DNA from: Lytechinus pictus
Lineage: Eukaryota
DNA: 64,000 nucleotides
Assembly (NCBI RefSeq): GCF_037042905.1
Contig: NC_087252.1
Span: 10,790,001-10,854,000, forward strand
Direction: 5' to 3'
The first letter of the stretch is position 1. Each line of letters starts with the position of its first letter. The translations under genes and the position numbers were made by a program. Shown piece after piece: positions 61,501 to 64,000 of the stretch. Below the pieces are notes generated by a model that saw nothing but the letters and a program-made list of their open reading frames with translations, was not told where the DNA came from and searched no databases.

Positions 61501-63893
61501 ATGCATACTGCAAATGGAGAAATTTGGATACTGTAATTGAAAGTCTCTTAAAATATTGTGGTTAAAAAAAAAAAAAAAAACTGCACATGGCCGTATGAGG
61601 GCTGAATTGTGTACAATTTACATCAATAATGGGTGATACACTACAACAGAATACAATTAAAAACATTGATATAGGGTCTACAACATATAAACATCAAAAC
61701 ACTAATCTAGATATGTTATTCATGATGGTCGGATAAAGAAAAGGATTAAAAAATAAAGATTTTATACATGATTTCATAAGTCTGTTTGGGAGAAGCTTTG
61801 TTTAATAGACTATGATACAGCTTAGGAAATTAACTGGTTTGCAAGCTCTACGTATTGTGCGGTGTATTATTGTGAATACATGAGAGTTAACAAAAAATTT
61901 GTATCTAGTTCATAAAATAGAAAATACGGGAAAAGAGAGAAAGAAAATAAAGTCATTGTGAAAAAAAATTTAAAGTCAGTATTCTGATTAAAGAAAATCA
62001 TAATTGAAGATGGATATGTGCACATATGATACATACCAGCAGGGCAGTAGTGATATGCCGGGCAAGGCTTTGGGTCTGGAAACAAAGAGCTCTGGCAGTA
62101 GTACCCAGCTTGGCATGCGATGCAAGAATCCCTTCCGGGTTCAGGCTGGTAGTTACCGACCCCACACGGCACCGGAGCTGGGCTACCCTCTGGACAATAG
62201 TGACCCACTGGACATATGAACTCCTGAGGGGTCGGTGCAGTGATGGTCTCGTTGGCCGGGCAGTAGAATCCGGCCGTGCATTCACCCGTTGCATTGGTCT
62301 TGCCTGGCGTGTCGCAGTAGTAGCCTCCCGGGCAGGGGAGGCAGTCGTCGACGGCCGCAGCGCCCTCTGTGTAGCGGATGGTTCCCGCTGGGCACTGCTC
62401 AGGTGCGGGTGTGCCCTCGTCGCAGTAGTGACCCACGGGACAGAGACCATTTTCGGAGAACTCTGCTGTGGCCGTTGGAACCTGGTCGACGGCTCCACCC
62501 TGGCAGTAGTAGCCTGCTGTACATGGTCCTGAAAATGTAAGAAGGATAAATGAAATTATGACTAAAACACAAAGTATGGTATTGTATTCATTTTCTGTTA
62601 ATTGAAATCAAAATATGATACATATTTACACTTACAAAGAACATATCAGTAAAAAGACAGAGGAAATGTCCCACTCAGCTTTGATATCATACATACATTG
62701 TATATCAAGGCTTTATTACTGAGGGGTCTATAGTAAAGTTTATGACTACTGTATATGCACAAGGTATATTCTTAACAGAATAGAATCAGTATTTGGCGGA
62801 TACTGAGGCCCAATAGTAATCCTGTGATCATGATTATTACTATCATTATACAAATGCCACTCTTTGTTTTGGAATCAATTGTGACACGACAGCAAAAAAT
62901 TTACAGAAATATATATCAAACTGGATTACTTTTCTCTGAATTGTTACCTCCATGTATTGCCAAAGGATAGATTTCATTTATAAAATGCCTTCATAACAAT
63001 CAAAACACATTTCCAAACTTCCTGATCAGGTTCCCAAAATATATAAATGCTAGAAATGTACCTGTTGGCCAGACGTTGCCATAGCCTGCACAGTATTGGC
63101 CAGACACACAGTACGGACATTCTTCCTCCGAAGTGATTCCTGTGATGTTATTAAATCGTCCAGGTGGGCACGGGATTGGTAGCTCCTCACCGAATACGCA
63201 GTAGTGGCCTGAAAAGAGTAATAAGTAAAAAAATAAGTAAGGAGTTGGCCTGATAGCTTGGTTGGTCTAGCAGAGATCTTGCAATCTGGTGACCTGAGTT
63301 TGATTCCCACTAATAAGAATTGTCAATTCACATGATTGCTTAAGCCTTTTTGGCCCAGTTGATAAGTCTCCAGACTTTGGACCAAAGGGTTGTGTGTTCA
63401 AATCCCAGCCATGGCATAATTTTCTTTCAGCAAGAAATCAATCCACATCGAGCTGCACTCGACCCAGAGATATGTAATATAGTGATCAAACATACAAGTT
63501 GTGCACGGAATATTATACTATCCTGATAGTGATTGTTATTTCTATAATACCTGATTTACAAGGCTCCCGGCACAGTCATCTTTAATATCTAATTAATCAA
63601 ATATCTAATAACCAAACACTCAAATTGTTGCCAATTAACAACAAGTAACATAGTGATTACTACACATACCTGATTTACAAGGCTCCGGCATGGTCATATT
63701 GGTGTAGAGACACATCAAGCCGTCAGGGCAAACTGTACAATTAGCCTGGCCCTCATTGGGTTGGTATGTTCCGATGGGGCAACCTAGCTCACTGGTCACA
63801 CCTGATGGACAGTAATGACCGGCCGGGCAGGGGTAGCCCATGCCGCTACCGCTGGCCGGAGAACCAGTGGTACTTCCGCCTGTACAGACGTAG
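28200..63893 (-). CDS. Gene 2 (5'-partial): giant type-I membrane protein with GCC2/GCC3 (ephrin-receptor-like) Cys-rich repeats, TM helix, long coiled coil and HALAH-motif domain; 36 exons, ~2733 aa in window
   Basis: 36 GT-AG exons chain in phase (8203 nt) to TAA at 28200-28202; repeated CPxGxYC motifs; [31 protein letters not shown]-rich tail. Confidence 0.88.
28441..28716. repeat. Near-perfect palindrome, ~130-bp arms, ~20-nt loop (foldback/MITE)
   Basis: aatgttagcaatgagagataac...ccaatggaggatttttttt // aaaaaaaatcctccattgg...gttatctcgcattgctaacatt. Confidence 0.85.
28743..29330. repeat. Inverted repeat, ~210-bp arms, ~170-bp spacer (MITE-derived)
   Basis: Mirror ORFs 28796-29143(-) and 29080-29277(+) give the same peptide; related sequence at ~52690-52990 and ~54860-54925. 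Confidence 0.85.
29484..29648 (-). CDS. Gene 2 penultimate exon (C-terminal coiled coil)
   Basis: tttcag| and AAG|gtgatt, phase 0-0. Confidence 0.87.
29681..30079. mobile_element. hAT-like MITE, 13-bp TIR CAGGGTTCCCAGC, 5-bp TSD TTATA
   Basis: ttata|cagggttcccagc ... gctgggaaccctg|ttata; multiple subterminal ttccctga motifs. Confidence 0.85.
30845..31012 (-). CDS. Gene 2 exon
   Basis: tttcag| and ATG|gtaagt, phase 0-0. Confidence 0.87.
31110..31300 (-). mobile_element. Decayed tRNA-derived SINE
   Basis: B-box-like ggttcaaatgcc on the minus strand, followed by ttcagcaagaaat...cacaatgctgctct..ggtaccggcag; related copies at ~34225-34356(-) and ~63350-63470(+). Confidence 0.6.
31411..31576 (-). 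CDS. Gene 2 exon ([17 protein letters not shown]...)
   Basis: cttcag| and GCT|gtgagt, phase 2-0. Confidence 0.88.
31755..32012. repeat. Degenerate (CAT/CAC)n microsatellite
   Basis: Directly visible; source of spurious poly-H/D/M/I ORFs. Confidence 0.9.
32030..32357 (-). CDS. Gene 2 exon ([29 protein letters not shown]...)
   Basis: tcatag| and AG|gtaagg, phase 1-2. Confidence 0.9.
33086..33415 (-). CDS. Gene 2 exon (globular cytoplasmic domain ending [17 protein letters not shown])
   Basis: ctgcag| and G|gtcagt, phase 1-1. Confidence 0.92.
33816..34032 (-). CDS. Gene 2 exon (...[18 protein letters not shown]...)
   Basis: taacag| and G|gtacgt, phase 0-1. Confidence 0.88.
34225..34356 (-). 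mobile_element. Decayed tRNA-derived SINE
   Basis: tggttcagtggttatgactcttgactttcaat...ggttccaatcc head on the minus strand, plus core ccacattgtgccgcactcgacc. Confidence 0.55.
34474..34633. mobile_element. Small hairpin MITE
   Basis: agggctccggaacacaaagat ... atctttgtgttacggagccct. Confidence 0.75.
34708..34839 (-). CDS. Gene 2 exon (coiled coil)
   Basis: ttgcag| and GAG|gtaaga, phase 0-0. Confidence 0.87.
35045..35854. mobile_element. Head-to-tail dimer of a ~410-bp TIR element
   Basis: gaagagttt.gttg.aaaaggggttaggtcc at 35045 and 35462; ggacctaaccccttttg...ctcttc at the ends (35460, 35854); AT-rich flanks. Confidence 0.8.
35995..36148. repeat. (CCAT)n microsatellite
   Basis: Directly visible. 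Confidence 0.95.
36155..36292 (-). CDS. Gene 2 exon (coiled coil)
   Basis: ttttag| and GAG|gtaggg, phase 0-0. Confidence 0.88.
36696..36859 (-). CDS. Gene 2 exon (coiled coil)
   Basis: ctctag| and GAA|gtgagt, phase 1-0. Confidence 0.87.
36907..37325. mobile_element. Foldback-type element of short ~20-bp subrepeats (gtctaa.. left half, ..ttagac right half)
   Basis: attgccaatttgtctactgccaactcatctac ... gtagacgagttggcaattggacgaattggca; a related remnant lies at ~47295-47500. Confidence 0.65.
37345..37452. repeat. Degenerate (CAT)n microsatellite
   Basis: Directly visible. Confidence 0.85.
37463..37625 (-). CDS. Gene 2 exon (coiled coil)
   Basis: ggtag| and G|gtaagg, phase 0-1. Confidence 0.87.
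38060..38413 (-). CDS. Gene 2 exon (coiled coil)
   Basis: ccatag| and CAG|gtaaga, phase 0-0. Confidence 0.9.
38656..39165 (-). CDS. Gene 2 exon (coiled coil)
   Basis: tttgaag| and GAG|gtaaga, phase 0-0; ORF 38641-39264. Confidence 0.88.
39394..40240 (+). mobile_element. 5'-truncated CR1/L2-group LINE: ORF2 C-terminus (39403-39924), 3'UTR and (TGAAT)n tail
   Basis: [18 protein letters not shown]...IQKRAIRVI...YVTRN...[13 protein letters not shown] is typical of the post-RT region of L2/Crack/Daphne-type LINEs; ends aataaatgaattgaattgaattgaa. Confidence 0.85.
40515..40832 (-). CDS. Gene 2 exon (coiled coil)
   Basis: caacag| and CAG|gtgagg, phase 0-0. Confidence 0.88.
41499..41672 (-). CDS. 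Gene 2 exon (coiled coil)
   Basis: ccacag| and AAG|gtaagt, phase 0-0. Confidence 0.88.
41835..42115. repeat. Degenerate (CAT)n microsatellite
   Basis: Directly visible. Confidence 0.8.
42182..42385 (-). CDS. Gene 2 exon (coiled coil)
   Basis: aatag| and AAA|gtgagt, phase 0-0. Confidence 0.88.
42854..43048 (-). CDS. Gene 2 exon (coiled coil)
   Basis: tcatag| and CTG|gtatgc, phase 0-0. Confidence 0.88.
43677..43913 (-). CDS. Gene 2 exon (coiled coil)
   Basis: actag| and GAG|gtcagc, phase 0-0. Confidence 0.88.
44766..45028 (-). CDS. Gene 2 exon (start of coiled coil)
   Basis: ttcag| and CAT|gtaaga, phase 1-0. Confidence 0.9.
45647..45800 (-). CDS. Gene 2 exon ([28 protein letters not shown]...)
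   Basis: cgtag| and G|gtgaat, phase 0-1. Confidence 0.85.
46360..46579 (-). CDS. Gene 2 exon ([24 protein letters not shown])
   Basis: atgcag| and AAG|gtaggg, phase 2-0. Confidence 0.9.
46988..47156 (-). CDS. Gene 2 exon (transmembrane helix [20 protein letters not shown] followed by basic RPK)
   Basis: gaccag| and CG|gtgagt, phase 1-2. Confidence 0.9.
47526..48080 (-). CDS. Gene 2 exon (S/T-rich linker, RRRLL, membrane-proximal beta-rich domain)
   Basis: ttgcag| and G|gtaaga, phase 1-1; ORF 47431-48099. Confidence 0.92.
48529..48664 (-). CDS. Gene 2 exon ([24 protein letters not shown]...)
   Basis: aaccag| and G|gtaagt, phase 0-1. Confidence 0.85.
49098..49435. repeat. Degenerate (CAT/AAT)n microsatellite
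   Basis: Directly visible. Confidence 0.9.
49599..49743 (-). CDS. Gene 2 exon ([17 protein letters not shown]...)
   Basis: tttcag| and AGG|gtaagg, phase 2-0. Confidence 0.88.
50215..50491 (-). CDS. Gene 2 exon ([23 protein letters not shown]...)
   Basis: tattag| and AG|gtaaga, phase 1-2. Confidence 0.9.
50601..50789 (-). mobile_element. tRNA-derived SINE with intact Pol III A and B boxes
   Basis: Minus strand: ccggtgtgtTGGCTCAGTTGGtagagcgtccgtctcacaaccgggaggtcggGGTTCAAACCctggccgcg, continuing into non-tRNA body accaaaagacg...gttgctgctaccc; no proper acceptor stem. Confidence 0.8.
51522..51734 (-). CDS. Gene 2 exon ([10 protein letters not shown]...[19 protein letters not shown])
   Basis: cccag| and G|gtatgt, phase 1-1. 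Confidence 0.9.
51860..52305. repeat. (GAA/GGA)n purine tract with higher-order repeats
   Basis: Directly visible. Confidence 0.95.
52460..52656 (-). CDS. Gene 2 exon ([10 protein letters not shown]...CPQGYYCPE)
   Basis: tttcag| and G|gtaaag, phase 2-1. Confidence 0.9.
53993..54107 (-). CDS. Gene 2 exon ([11 protein letters not shown]...[10 protein letters not shown])
   Basis: acatag| and AT|gtaagc, phase 1-2. Confidence 0.88.
54421..54540. repeat. 45-bp tandem repeat, 3 copies
   Basis: ac(a/t)gtcccatacata at ~54423, 54468 and 54513. Confidence 0.8.
54590..54805 (-). CDS. Gene 2 exon (Cys-rich repeats)
   Basis: ttcag| and G|gtgagt, phase 1-1. Confidence 0.9.
55014..55194. mobile_element. 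hAT-like MITE, 12-bp TIR CAGGGGTGTGAG, 6-bp TSD CAATTC
   Basis: caattc|caggggtgtgag ... ctcacacccctg|caattc; subterminal ctgaaa repeats. Confidence 0.85.
55429..55584 (-). CDS. Gene 2 exon ([16 protein letters not shown]...[10 protein letters not shown])
   Basis: ctcatag| and G|gtgaaa, phase 1-1. Confidence 0.88.
56194..56468 (-). CDS. Gene 2 exon (Cys-rich repeats)
   Basis: ttccag| and G|gtgaga, phase 2-1. Confidence 0.9.
57156..57264 (-). CDS. Gene 2 exon ([35 protein letters not shown])
   Basis: cttcag| and CG|gtaagt, phase 1-2. Confidence 0.88.
57401..57750. mobile_element. Two adjacent ~170-bp hairpin MITEs of one family
   Basis: gtttcataaagctgttcgtaag..agagcgactttaagaa ... ttcttaaagtcgctctt..cttacgaacagctttatgaaac occurs twice. 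Confidence 0.85.
58323..59500. mobile_element. 1.18-kb non-autonomous hAT-like element, 13-bp TIR CAGGGATGCCACT, 6-bp TSD AGGCAA
   Basis: aggcaa|cagggatgccact ... agtggcatccctg|aggcaa; clustered acggaaa subterminal motifs; poly-A run at 58462-58508. Confidence 0.88.
59506..60720. repeat. Diverged ~170-180-bp tandem array (~6-7 units)
   Basis: Recurrent aaactggctgg..actgcttgg..aatca..ccc..aaatggaaaggaaatt...tagatgcagaacac. Confidence 0.8.
59662..59808. mobile_element. Hairpin MITE inserted in the tandem array
   Basis: ggggcccgttgcagaaagagttgca ... tgcaactctttctgcaacggacccc. Confidence 0.8.
62037..62528 (-). CDS. Gene 2 exon (Cys-rich repeats)
   Basis: tttcag| and G|gtatgt, phase 1-1; overlaps ORF 61867-62436. 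Confidence 0.92.
63062..63208 (-). CDS. Gene 2 exon ([21 protein letters not shown]...)
   Basis: tttcag| and G|gtacat, phase 1-1. Confidence 0.9.
63246..63470 (+). mobile_element. Two decayed tRNA-derived SINE heads/bodies
   Basis: tagcttggttgg...gagtttgattcccac and tggcccagttga...gtgttcaaatcccagcc..ttcagcaagaaat..ctgcactcgaccca. Confidence 0.55.
63670..63893 (-). CDS. Gene 2 exon (Cys-rich repeats: YVCTGG...[10 protein letters not shown]...CPIGTYQP)
   Basis: tttcag| and G|gtatgt, phase 2-1. Confidence 0.9.
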
Positions 63894-64000
63894 CTGAAAG
63901 AAAGGCAAAACATTAAATGGTTTCATATGTGTGATGGATTCTTAACTCCAAAATATACCACACATTCAAGATGTATACTTTATGAATTGAATGATATCAA

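Overview
Eukaryotic (invertebrate animal) genomic DNA: AT-rich, GT-AG introns, SINE/LINE/MITE-rich. The repeat landscape and gene content suggest a sea urchin/echinoderm (inference only). Two spliced protein-coding genes on the minus strand were reconstructed by hand with phase-consistent GT-AG junctions. Gene 1 (2415-17341, 10 coding exons, ~3173 aa) is a cytosolic protein: ~77 near-consensus ankyrin repeats in one uninterrupted 7.9-kb exon, then more ankyrin-like sequence, ZU5, UPA-like and a death domain. Its last visible exon runs directly into the end of a DNA transposon at 2466, and a second element with the same terminal sequence sits in its triplicated upstream region (18482-23827, 3-bp TSD CCT). 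Gene 2 (28200 to beyond 63893; 36 exons, ~2733 aa in the window, 5' end outside) is a giant single-pass membrane protein. It has Cys-rich GCC2/GCC3 (ephrin-receptor-like) repeats, an RRRLL motif, one TM helix, a long cytoplasmic coiled coil and a globular segment with an HALAH (HExxH-like) motif. The rest is non-autonomous DNA transposons/MITEs (several with CAG..CTG ends and 5- or 6-bp TSDs), tRNA-derived SINEs, LINE 3' fragments, tandem repeats and microsatellites. No CRISPR array, rRNA or bona fide tRNA gene was found.
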